A DNA stretch of 58,081 nt from Pseudomonadota bacterium (GCA_021777915.1 JAJYCZ010000001.1:1-58081); one strand, 5' to 3'. Shown: positions 9,501 through 17,782, counted from the stretch's first letter. Numbers and translations are program-made. The notes: generated from the letters alone by a model not told the origin.

Positions 9501-9784
9501 GCGCGCACAACCCCTTCCGGGATGCGTTCAATCAAACGCCGCACCGCCGCATCGATATTGGCTTCTGAGAACGGATAGGCCCGCCCGTCGAGCTGGATGC
9601 GGTTGATCCGCGCCAGGTCGTTACGCAATTGCGTTTCCAGGAAAGGCAATGTGCGGCGCCCATCGCGCCATTGATCGGCTTCGGCCCGAGTCACATAGCG
9701 CCAGCCACAATTGATCAGCGTATGCAGCGCCTGAAGCCGCGCGCCGCCCGCCTCAGAAATTGTGAATTGCGGCGAATTCGTCAT
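6581..9784 (-). CDS. hsdR: Type I restriction endonuclease subunit R
   Basis: RVDLVLFVNGVPLGVIEVK nuclease motif, HTQGSGKS Walker A, DESHR, FTGTP, LLTGFDAP, QAIARVNR; 1067 aa. Confidence 0.95.
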   Translation of the reverse strand: MTNSPQFTISEAGGARLQALHTLINCGWRYVTRAEADQWRDGRRTLPFLETQLRNDLARINRIQLDGRAYPFSEANIDAAVRRLIERIPEGVVRANEKMTDDLTLGIALPQTIGATSREWPFKFIDWLDWRANTFQVTSEFSVSEAGGPTIRVDLVLFVNGVPLGVIEVKASHVASDQGVSQQIRNQKAGEGVPALFYSAQLLLAANSHDPLYGTVGTPRKLWSVWKEREDPASFAETIVNRPLDTVEGKRVAQDFGPYIARHNALMEDSRFATPLDETIVGLMRPERFMRLIRRYMLFDGPHKKVARYQQVATVETLLKRIGERDANERRKGGVVWHTQGSGKSLTMVMLAKAIVMTNPTARIVIVTDRTDLDEQISKTFRDTSQEPKRAATGENLLALIEDKTPVVTTLIHKFRAGLNKRRVVDKSADIFVLVDESHRSQYGNLDSLHARMREVLPNACFIAFTGTPIAKKEKSTFAKFGDLVQPSYSMRDAVADGAVVPLLYEGREVVTDVDEGQIDRWFEVHTRGLNDDQRADLKRKMSRVREIEGIESRLQTIAFDVGQHFAANFKGTGLKGQLAAPRKRAAIQLKKLFDTFGVVTTEVVISAPEMRESDDEVDEADDDVVRAFWRKMIERYGGEDAYNKTIVEQFKGPGEPDIIIVVDKLLTGFDAPRNTVLYVARRLKEHGLLQAIARVNRVFDEDGAPEKFFGFIIDYTGVLKDLGAALASYDALQGFSEEDIAQSIVAIRDEAIKVPGAHAALLDVFKSVSNKFDAEAYARLLANEEIRADFYRRLSEFSRAFTVALASPSFVEGTKPELLKRWKDDLGRLSSLRAAVSLRYAERVDWRDYEKRIRQLLDRHVVARDVVTMVEPLNIFDDISIEARRTETNESDASIADTIAHQLTRSIEERWDEDPVFFEKFSKLVADTIAEFHKGRISEKAYLEKILAQRDMSQNRHHETGATPPRLRDDSHAQAFWGLAKRNLEKTGMDDPELAADIALELSKIVQSRRKVGWQNDRDVENQIRNDVDDFFFEELRGRRDLLIDPAILDAVVDDVLASARKRLAL

Positions 9785-9787
9785 GAC

Positions 9788-10870
9788 CTAACCCCACACC
9801 TTCGCGGAGGCGGCGTCAAAAAAATCGACCTTGAGAGCGGGTAGTGTTTTCGGGCGCAACGCGATGATTCTTTCAACTCCCGCGCGGATTGCTTGATTTG
9901 GTCCGTTAGAGGGATCGCCGAAAAGACTCACGAACAAGTGGGATATTTTGCCTTGTCCGATCAGGTTCAGAACGTGCGCGTCGTTCTTGGCAAACGAATG
10001 ACCGTAAACGAAGAGGGCTGTTCCGGTCCTCGACGCTGTCTGGCAAACACCGGCAAAACTCTTGAAGTTATGATGCAGGTAGGCACTGTGCTGGATTTTG
10101 GTCAGCTTGCTCTTGCTGTCACCCTCGGCCACAAAAACGGGAAACAGATTCTTGTTCAGCGCTTCGTTGGCCTGATCAACGAGCGCTTTTCCAGTGTTGA
10201 CCCACGTATATTTTTGAAGGTGATAACCGGCATCGAACAGATGCAGGGCGCCATGCAGATAATGAATGTTTTGACCATGAGCCGCCCCCTCACCCTGCCA
10301 TTCAACGTAAGGCGCTTCATAGTCGTCCTGATCCTTGCGGAACCCGTCATCGTGACCGAGCGCAATCAGCTCTCCGGGCTCTTTCTCCTCATGCATCAGG
10401 GCCCAGTAGAGCAACAGGTCGTAGTTCATCGTGTAAATTTTACCGCCCGCATTCGGTCCGACGAAGTTGGAAAGGAATGTTCGGCATGCTGAATAGCGGT
10501 CGTCGGAAATGTCATTAGGGCGTGCTGGATGTCGCCCGGCAACGGCCTGAATTAGATCCTTTTTCAACTTGTCGGCATCCGCCAGCAAAAGCCTCCGGGT
10601 TGCCGTGTACTTCGGCTTATAAACGCTAACGATTGCGGCTGCGTGTTGAAGGGCCCGGATAACCTCTTCAAAGTCCTGCGTTCCGATTGCCGCAAAAATC
10701 GCGGCGAGTTCCGTGGACATCGTTTTTTTGGCCTCTTCGAACAGAGACCCGTAGGTGAATATGTCTGGCTTGCAGGCGATGCTGAAGCCATTTCCGAGAA
10801 GCAAATGCTTCTTCCCGTAATTGGTGGCCTTCCCAAGCGCATGGCTAAATGTGAGCAGCGTGAACGCCAT
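9788..10870 (-). CDS. DUF4917-family protein with SIR2/AbiH-like motifs
   Basis: LLLGNGFS ... YTMNYD ... HYLHG ... LFVYGHSF...D, same order as the GAGxS / TxNYD / KxHG / GySxxD motifs of SIR2-like defence NADases and AbiH; 360 aa. Confidence 0.7.
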   Translation of the reverse strand: MAFTLLTFSHALGKATNYGKKHLLLGNGFSIACKPDIFTYGSLFEEAKKTMSTELAAIFAAIGTQDFEEVIRALQHAAAIVSVYKPKYTATRRLLLADADKLKKDLIQAVAGRHPARPNDISDDRYSACRTFLSNFVGPNAGGKIYTMNYDLLLYWALMHEEKEPGELIALGHDDGFRKDQDDYEAPYVEWQGEGAAHGQNIHYLHGALHLFDAGYHLQKYTWVNTGKALVDQANEALNKNLFPVFVAEGDSKSKLTKIQHSAYLHHNFKSFAGVCQTASRTGTALFVYGHSFAKNDAHVLNLIGQGKISHLFVSLFGDPSNGPNQAIRAGVERIIALRPKTLPALKVDFFDAASAKVWG

Positions 10871-10876
10871 ATCGCA

Positions 10877-11722
10877 CTACTCCTTCTTCCCGAGCCGTCT
10901 GAGCGCCGCGTCCGCAGCGATCTTGTCGATAATTGCCTTGATCGTCTGATCTGCTTCACTGCCCTCGGTGTAATTTGCGGGCACGGCGAAATTCACGCGC
11001 CCCTGTTCGATCAGTTTTTCCGCAACGCCCTTGCCGCCTTTTTTCGCGCGCGGCTTATAGACCGCAACGGAATGGCCGCCCTGATCCTTCACGAGGCGAA
11101 AACACGGAATGTCGGTCTCCCCATCGCCGAAGAAAACCATGTTCTTGAAGGGGATGGGACGTTCATCGGGCGGGATGTAGCTATTGACCTTGTCCTTGTC
11201 CCAAACCTCGTGGCTGCCCTTGTTGATGCGAAATAGGAATTGGGTCTTGGTCGTGTAGTTTACGCCAAGAGCCGGAAACCGCGCGACGCCTTCATGATCG
11301 TACCAAAAGCCGGACGCGAACACTTCCGCGAAGTGTTTCCCGATCTTGGTGCCACGGATCATCTCGCGCAGGCCTGATGAAATAATGAAATGCTGAACGT
11401 TCACCTCTTTCTGGCGACCGTAGTCGTTGATCCGGCCAAACCAACCTTCGACGCCGTCGAAAAGCTCAATCCCCTCTCCGAATTTCTCGATGGCTTCGCG
11501 CTTGACGCTGACGCCAGCTTGATCGGCTTTGCGGAGCATATGCCCCATGTAGATCAAGATTTCGTCGCCGTGCTGATCCTTGGCGAGTTTCTTCACCTCG
11601 CTCCAGAAATCGCCGGTTTTCATTCCGAGTTTCGGAATGAAATCGAAATTCTGCATGTAGCCGGGCGACAGCGTGCCGTCGAAATCGTAGCAGATGGCGA
11701 GGGGTGCATGTTTGCGGGCCAA
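10877..11722 (-). CDS. HAD-superfamily hydrolase (phosphatase/nucleotidase-like)
   Basis: Motif I YDFDGT, motif II IISSG, motif III K (YTTKT), motif IV GDGETD; likely TTG start at 11722 after GGAG (ORF track extends to 11731). Confidence 0.85.
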   Translation of the reverse strand: MARKHAPLAICYDFDGTLSPGYMQNFDFIPKLGMKTGDFWSEVKKLAKDQHGDEILIYMGHMLRKADQAGVSVKREAIEKFGEGIELFDGVEGWFGRINDYGRQKEVNVQHFIISSGLREMIRGTKIGKHFAEVFASGFWYDHEGVARFPALGVNYTTKTQFLFRINKGSHEVWDKDKVNSYIPPDERPIPFKNMVFFGDGETDIPCFRLVKDQGGHSVAVYKPRAKKGGKGVAEKLIEQGRVNFAVPANYTEGSEADQTIKAIIDKIAADAALRRLGKKE

Positions 11723-11723
11723 A

Positions 11724-12989
11724 TCAGGCAATCTCCGAACGAATTTTGGTGGAAAAAACCGGCCGATCGAAGCGCTCGTCGAGCCGCCATTCGCCGGTCA
11801 GCAGTTTTTGCATCAGGCCGCGCTTTTGGGTGCCAAGGGCTTCGGCGTGTTTTGCCAAGCCTTCCATCGCAATATCCTCGGTGTGCAACACGGCCGCGAT
11901 CTGCTCTTGCACAGGGAGCGAGGGAAGAAAGATTTCGGCTTGCTCTATGGCGTCCAGCGTCAGCCCGAAACGAACGACGCCATTTGCAAGACGGCTGAAT
12001 TGCCACCGCATTGCCTGATGGCGCATGGCTTGGGCGATGAAAGGGCCGTGCCCTACGCCTTCGCGCGGGCGGGCGACGGCGAGGTGATAGCCGCAAACGA
12101 GATTGTCGATATCCTCCGCAACGAGTGCGGGCTCGGCAATCTCTTCAGATGTTTCAGAATCCTTCGTGAACACCACATCATGCTTGCGAAGGCTGTTGCC
12201 AGCGATTTGGGCTCTGGACGCGGTCGCGTGCATGAAAGGAAGGCCGGACGTGATCCGCGCATTATGAAACACGTCCATGTAGTTGCAGAGCCGGACGGGC
12301 GCTTCCTCCGCTCTGGACTTCTTGTCGACTCCGCTGAACCATACGTCTGCGGCCTCAAGCAGGGGACGCCTCGGCAAGTTGCTGAACAGCTTTTGAAATA
12401 ATGCCGTCTTCCGCCGCCGCTTCGCCGCGATCAGGCGTTCGGTCTGGTCGATGGCCTGATCCCACGCATCGAGCACGGCCACGATGCGGTGCTGTTCGTC
12501 GAGCGGGGGAATAAGAACTGGAAGGCCCAAGAAGCTGTCTTGGGCGATGTTTTTCATGGAATTGCTGGTACCACTCGCGATGCTTTTTAGCAGAGCCCGC
12601 ATCGTCGGACTTCCGATCACAAAGCCAAGCCAGCGTGCTCCCGCATTTTCTGATGACCTCACCTGCCAAAGCCGGTCAGGAAGAAACAAATTGTTAAAAT
12701 CTGCTGGAACGTACGCGCTTGCGCCGACAAGATCAGGCGTGTTCATTCGACTAACAATGATAGTGTCGCCTCTCACTGGTTCCGCCACACGGCCCAGTTC
12801 GGACGCTACAACTGCCTTGTGCTCTTGCGCGCGGAAAACGCCGGTGAAAACACAGCTTGTTTTGAGGACGCCGAGTTCGCCAATGCGGCATTCTCTCTCC
12901 TCGGAATTGACGCTCACACCAGAGGAAATTGAATCCACAACATCATCGACGCTTCCGGCAACCCATCCCTTGGGGGCTATGCGAATCAT
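11724..12989 (-). CDS. hsdS: Type I restriction-modification specificity subunit S (two TRDs)
   Basis: PKGW start, PPLDEQHRIVAVLD and PSLPVQEQIAAVL conserved helices, KRGLMQKLLTG end; ATGA overlap at 12986-12989. Confidence 0.92.
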   Translation of the reverse strand: MIRIAPKGWVAGSVDDVVDSISSGVSVNSEERECRIGELGVLKTSCVFTGVFRAQEHKAVVASELGRVAEPVRGDTIIVSRMNTPDLVGASAYVPADFNNLFLPDRLWQVRSSENAGARWLGFVIGSPTMRALLKSIASGTSNSMKNIAQDSFLGLPVLIPPLDEQHRIVAVLDAWDQAIDQTERLIAAKRRRKTALFQKLFSNLPRRPLLEAADVWFSGVDKKSRAEEAPVRLCNYMDVFHNARITSGLPFMHATASRAQIAGNSLRKHDVVFTKDSETSEEIAEPALVAEDIDNLVCGYHLAVARPREGVGHGPFIAQAMRHQAMRWQFSRLANGVVRFGLTLDAIEQAEIFLPSLPVQEQIAAVLHTEDIAMEGLAKHAEALGTQKRGLMQKLLTGEWRLDERFDRPVFSTKIRSEIA

Positions 12990-13939
12990 ACCCCGCCCCC
13001 GTCGCCAATGCGCCGCTTGCGCCACTCGCCATAGGTCTGGCTCGTGGCGGCGTGTTTCCAGTAGCGGTTGCCGCTGACATTGCCACCATAGACGACGCCC
13101 GCCGCTCCGGAGGGAGAGTCAAAAGCCGTGTCGGCGGCGAAGCGCAGGAATTTAGGGTCTTCCGAGGGAAGCAGAACGCCATCGGCGATGAGTTGGGCGC
13201 GGCGGCGCTTCAACCCTTCGCCGCAACTTTTCACTTCCTGCCGCTTGGCGAGCGATCCCGCCAGCACCACAAATTCGTCGCTCGCCTCGCGCGCTTTCGC
13301 GTCCGCGCCGGATTCCGTGAAGGTGAAAAGCGCGTCGGGATCGGCGTTCACCGGCGCGGCGACGCTCTCGCTCGCGTTAGCGCGGCTTGGCGCACCCGCT
13401 TCCTGTCCCGCAGGCCGCAAGATATCGAAACCCAGAACGGGGAGCAGAATTTCGATCTCGTCGAGCACGCGCTCCATATCTGCGATTTCCGGCTCGGGCA
13501 GGCCGCGAAACGGCGGCTCCGTGCCGTTGACCAGTTTCGCCCGGCCCGCCTTGCGGATGGCGGCGATGATACGGCCTTCGAGATAGCGCCCATGCGCCTT
13601 AGTCAGGTTCTCGTCCTTGGACACGATCAGCACCGCGCGGGTGAAAAATTCCTTCGCCTCATCCGCGTCATGAGCGGCAAGGCGCGTTTTTACCTGATCG
13701 CCCTCGCCAACATAAACGAGCTGGCGCCCTGGCAAATCCGGGTCCGGCCCGGCCAACAGATAGACGCCGGTGCGCGTCGCCTCTTCTCGACGGATCAGTT
13801 CCGGCAGGGCCGTGCGCGAGGCAAAGGCCGCGCGAACCGACGATATGCCCAGCTCCGCCGTGATGACGCCCGAGGGCGCGCCATCGACCAGGTAAAGCTT
13901 GAGCGTGCGGCCACGCCGGGAGGGGAGAGAATGGGTCAT
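12986..13939 (-). CDS. GIY-YIG nuclease-family protein with C-terminal DUF4357
   Basis: GVYLL...VYVGE...RL..H...YLE...N GIY-YIG motifs; C-terminal FVVLAGS...FDSPSGAAGVVYGGNVSGNRYWK. Confidence 0.8.
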   Translation of the reverse strand: MTHSLPSRRGRTLKLYLVDGAPSGVITAELGISSVRAAFASRTALPELIRREEATRTGVYLLAGPDPDLPGRQLVYVGEGDQVKTRLAAHDADEAKEFFTRAVLIVSKDENLTKAHGRYLEGRIIAAIRKAGRAKLVNGTEPPFRGLPEPEIADMERVLDEIEILLPVLGFDILRPAGQEAGAPSRANASESVAAPVNADPDALFTFTESGADAKAREASDEFVVLAGSLAKRQEVKSCGEGLKRRRAQLIADGVLLPSEDPKFLRFAADTAFDSPSGAAGVVYGGNVSGNRYWKHAATSQTYGEWRKRRIGDGGGV

Positions 13940-15000
13940 TTCTTCTTCCCCTTGCCCTTGTTCTCGCCGCTATTCTTGCTCTGGGCCTTCGCGGCTTCCT
14001 CGACGATTTTTTCCAGTTCCGCCTCGTGCTCGGCCTCGGCCTTTTCCAACTCGGCGGCGCGGCGGGCGACATCGAAGGATTCAAAACGTTGATTGGCAAT
14101 CGCCTCCATGCGGGCATGGCTGACGCTGCCCGCGTTGCGCAGCAAGGGCTTTTCCGTGAAGGCGAGCAGGCGGTCGATTTCGGCTTCCCAGTCCGCCATG
14201 GTCATGGCCTTGCGGTTTTTCGCCCTGAGTTCGCCGGTATCGAGAAAGAGCGAGACGAGCCGGTTCAACTCGTCGATTTCGTCGTCACCCAAGTAATTCT
14301 TGGCCGTCGTGACATCGCCCTTGCGCACCCGCTCGCCCTGCCATGTCGTGAGCCCGGCATTGGGCGAGGCCGCATTGAGCCGCGCCATGACCAGCTCTGC
14401 CGCCGTATGCTGCGTGACAGCATAAAGCAGCTTGTTTTGCACCGTGGCGAAGAAGGTCTTGGCGCGGTCCGAGACTTTGTCGTAATCGGTCGCCGTCGAG
14501 TAGAGGTCGCGGACTTTCTGGTAGAACCGCTTCTCGGATGCTCGGATATCGCGGATTTTGGCGAGAAGTTCGTCGAAATAATCGAACGGGCCGGGGTCGC
14601 GCAGCCGCTTCTCGTCAAGCACGAAGCCCTTGACGAGATAATCCCTGAGCCGGGTCGTCGCCCATTGCCGGAACTGAACGCCGCGCTTCGAGCGCACACG
14701 ATAACCGATGGCAAGGACCATTTCGAGAGAAAAGTGCCGGATTGAGCGGCGAACCTCTCTGCCGCCTTCCAATCGAACTAGTAAGTAATCCTTACTCGTT
14801 GCCTCCTCAGCCCATTCTCCCTCTGCGAAAATGGCGGCGATATGCTGGTTCACGTTTTGCGGGGTCGTCTGAAAAAGCTCGGCAATTTCGACCTGAGACA
14901 GCCAGACGCGCCCGTCGACGACCCTGAGCTGGATCGACACCGCGCCGTCGTCCGCGCTATAGAGGATCAGTTCGCCCTTATCTCCGGTTTCCTCAGACAT
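13936..15000 (-). CDS. rhuM: RhuM-family DNA-binding protein
   Basis: VWLSQVEIAELFQ...IGYRVRSKRGVQFRQWAT...KGFVLD...IRDIRASEKRFYQKV...TAKNYL. Confidence 0.85.
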   Translation of the reverse strand: MSEETGDKGELILYSADDGAVSIQLRVVDGRVWLSQVEIAELFQTTPQNVNQHIAAIFAEGEWAEEATSKDYLLVRLEGGREVRRSIRHFSLEMVLAIGYRVRSKRGVQFRQWATTRLRDYLVKGFVLDEKRLRDPGPFDYFDELLAKIRDIRASEKRFYQKVRDLYSTATDYDKVSDRAKTFFATVQNKLLYAVTQHTAAELVMARLNAASPNAGLTTWQGERVRKGDVTTAKNYLGDDEIDELNRLVSLFLDTGELRAKNRKAMTMADWEAEIDRLLAFTEKPLLRNAGSVSHARMEAIANQRFESFDVARRAAELEKAEAEHEAELEKIVEEAAKAQSKNSGENKGKGKKK

Positions 15001-16546
15001 CGATGCCCAGCTCCTTGAGAAAGAAATTCATCTTCTTCCGTGTCTGGGCGAGCTGATTTTCGAGATCACGAATTTCGTTTTGCACCGCCTGAAGGTCGAC
15101 TTCCGGCTCTGGCTCGAAGGTGTCGACATAGCGGGGGATGTTGAGATTGAAGCCATTGGCCTCAATCTCCTCGAAGGTCGCCTTATGCGAATAGCGCTCC
15201 CGCACGGTCCGCGAGCGATAGGTATCCACGATCTTGGCGACGTCTTCGTCGCGCAGGCGGTTCTGCTTCTTCCCCGACTCAAAGTCGCGGCTGGCGTCGA
15301 TGAACAGAATGTCGCGCTCGTGGGCGCGCAATCCGTCGGACTCGCGGGAGCGGTCGAAAACCATGATGCAGACGGGAATGCCCGTGGTGGGAAAAAGTTG
15401 GGCGGGAAGGCCGATCACGGCATCGAGACTGTTGTCGCGGATCAGCTTCTCGCGGATTTTGCCCTCGGCGCCGGAGCGAAATAGGACGCCATGCGGGGCG
15501 ACCACGGCCATGCGGCCGGAATCAGGCCTAGTGATCGCCAGCATGTGGAGAATGAATGCATAATCGCCCCGGCTTTTCGGCGGCATGTGGGGCGTGAAGC
15601 GTTTGTAGGGATCGGTCTTGGTGTCCTCGTCCCACCACTTGTCTAGGCTGAAAGGCGGATTTGCGACAACCACATCGAAATGCATCAGGTGGTCGCTCTC
15701 GATCAGCGTCGGCGAATTGAGCGTGTCGCACCAATCAATTCGGGCGCCATCCTGCTTGTGCAGCAGCATGTTGAGCCGCGCCAGCGAGCGCGTCTGACCG
15801 TTCGATTCCTGTCCGAAAAGCTGGAAATTGCCATCACCAACTTCCTCGCCGGCGCGCAAAAGCAGCGAGGCCGAACCGCATGCCGGATCGCAAATCCGGT
15901 CGCCGGGGCGCGGATTGGCGAGTTTGGCCACCACTTCGGAGACCTTGCGGGGCGTAAAAAACTCTCCCGCCTTCTTGCCTGCGTCGGAGGCAAAGCGTTC
16001 GATGAGGAAGATATAGGCGTCGCCGAGGATATCCTCTGACGTTTCCGACAGGTCGAGACCGGGCTTGGCGAAATCCTCCAGCAGCATTTTGAGCCGCCGG
16101 TTGCGGTCTTTGGTTTGCCCCAGGTTGGTTTCCGAGTTGAAGTCGATCGCGCGGAACAGGCCGCCGAGCTTGCCTTCGTTGGCCTTTTCGATCGCGTCGA
16201 GAACGATGTTGATCAACTCGCCAATGTTTTCCCGCGTCCGGCGTTCATGCAGGCTGTAAAAATCGCCAAGGAAGCGCTCTTCGACCGCATTGGTCTTCGC
16301 ATTCTTCAGTTCGACCATCGGCAGCTTGAAACGCTCTCGGTCGAGGCGCCGCTGGATGCGCAACTCGTCGCCGCCGAATTCGCGACGAAAATCCTCGACG
16401 TGTTTGCGGCGGACGTCGCTGATATATTTCAGGAACAGCGCCGTCAGGACGTAGTCCTTATATTGAGTGGCGTCGACGGCGCCGCGAAAGGTGTCGCAAG
16501 CCCGCCAAACCGCCGAAAGAATGTCTTCTTGCCGAAGGACTGTCAT
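14993..16546 (-). CDS. hsdM: Type I restriction-modification m6A methyltransferase subunit M
   Basis: VWRACDTFRG, GEFFTP, DPACGSASLL, VANPPFS, PHGVLFR, NLNIPRYV; start at ATG 16546 (ATGA overlap). Confidence 0.95.
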   Translation of the reverse strand: MTVLRQEDILSAVWRACDTFRGAVDATQYKDYVLTALFLKYISDVRRKHVEDFRREFGGDELRIQRRLDRERFKLPMVELKNAKTNAVEERFLGDFYSLHERRTRENIGELINIVLDAIEKANEGKLGGLFRAIDFNSETNLGQTKDRNRRLKMLLEDFAKPGLDLSETSEDILGDAYIFLIERFASDAGKKAGEFFTPRKVSEVVAKLANPRPGDRICDPACGSASLLLRAGEEVGDGNFQLFGQESNGQTRSLARLNMLLHKQDGARIDWCDTLNSPTLIESDHLMHFDVVVANPPFSLDKWWDEDTKTDPYKRFTPHMPPKSRGDYAFILHMLAITRPDSGRMAVVAPHGVLFRSGAEGKIREKLIRDNSLDAVIGLPAQLFPTTGIPVCIMVFDRSRESDGLRAHERDILFIDASRDFESGKKQNRLRDEDVAKIVDTYRSRTVRERYSHKATFEEIEANGFNLNIPRYVDTFEPEPEVDLQAVQNEIRDLENQLAQTRKKMNFFLKELGIDV

Positions 16547-17136
16547 GTCCGATCCCCATTGAAATGATGATGAGCGTCGGTCGCCCGGATCGCGCGGGCA
16601 ACCGCTTCGCGGCCGAAAAACGATTTCAGCTCGGCAAGCCGTTTCAGGAGCCTGTTTTCTTCTTGGACGGATTGTGCCAGTTCGGCGATCCGCCTCTGGG
16701 AAGGCATGGAAGGCACGGGGACTTGGATATTTTCCAAAGCCTCCTTGGGCAATCGCGAAAGGCTCGTGCCCTGCTTGTTGACCGTGAAGATCATCTGCGT
16801 AGAGGGCTGCTCCAGAAACGCCGCAAGGAATTGCGGATCCACAATCGCCCGATTCGGGCGCACCAAATAGAGATCCACCGAAATGAACGCGCCGAGGATC
16901 GCGTCGTTGGCGACACAAACAACCGTCTCAGCGCCACGGGCCCCGACAATCAGATCACCCTCTTCAATGGTCAGCGCCCGCGCGACGGCAGGCGCCTCTC
17001 CCGCCATAAGGACCGGCTCACGCCCAGCCTTGATCTCGGAGAGGTCGGAGAGACGCATAAACCGCGATGCTCCGCCCCCGGCTTCGCGAAGCGAAACCCC
17101 AGAAAGGACATTGGCGATATTTTCGAGTACGAGCAT
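16543..17136 (-). CDS. Half-size HsdS-like protein (single TRD plus conserved helix)
   Basis: 197 aa; EGDLIV, GTSLSRLPKEALENIQVPVPSMPSQRRIAEL resembles one HsdS repeat. Confidence 0.7.
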   Translation of the reverse strand: MLVLENIANVLSGVSLREAGGGASRFMRLSDLSEIKAGREPVLMAGEAPAVARALTIEEGDLIVGARGAETVVCVANDAILGAFISVDLYLVRPNRAIVDPQFLAAFLEQPSTQMIFTVNKQGTSLSRLPKEALENIQVPVPSMPSQRRIAELAQSVQEENRLLKRLAELKSFFGREAVARAIRATDAHHHFNGDRT

Positions 17137-17141
17137 ATCTC

Positions 17142-17170
17142 AAGCTATCAAAAAATCATGTGGGCGTCAA
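17142..17170 (-). promoter_or_regulatory. Putative sigma70 promoter of the R-M operon (predicts a leaderless transcript)
   Basis: TTGACG-17 bp-TAGCTT with TG extension; ATG lies 5 nt after the -10 and has no Shine-Dalgarno sequence. Confidence 0.55.
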
Positions 17171-17782
17171 ATTAAATCGAGATCGTCTCTAATTCTTTTT
17201 TTGGCAGGAGGACGCGTTCTTGGTGGCCAGCCATGGCCGCCGTCTCCATCGCCGAATTCTTGTTTCAAGAATCCTTCCAGACCGGCTTTGTTCGCTCGAC
17301 CCGCGGGACGGCGCGCGCCGGCGGATGACGGCGTCCGACTTGCTCCGCGTCGTCGAACGCGGCGATCATTCGTTGGTGGTATCAAAGAAGAAACTGAAAG
17401 CCCGTGGCGTCAGGCAAGAGGAGATCGGCGCGGATTCTCAAAGGCATCGCCGATTTCCTGCCGGTGCCGCAGTTTCACTCAGTCGGAAGCTTGTCCTATT
17501 CCCGGTGCACCATTTCTATCCGGCTTGGCTGCATGACCATCGGTCACCTGTCCGTCTCCATGAGTTCGATTTCGATGGCGGACGAGACCACTCCTGCACG
17601 CCTGCGCTCACGCTGCCCCCCCGCCAGGCCCGCTCAGCAGCTGCACCTGAAAACTGGCTGAACACGTCCAAGCAGGTCGACAGACAGCTTCTTGGGCTTG
17701 CGCGCTCCAACACCCCTGGCCGCGAGCGCGGAAACACTTCGTTGCATGTGCGCTGCTGCTCCCGCCGATCAGCAGGCTTTCG

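Noticed and set aside
14993-16918. 641-aa HsdM with a long N-terminal extension
   Set aside because: The extension overlaps the half-hsdS gene in another frame; the ATGA-coupled start at 16546 gives a normal HsdM.
11724-17136. Phase-variable hsdS shufflon
   Set aside because: Both S-like genes are co-oriented, I found no shared long repeats by eye, and no invertase is present.
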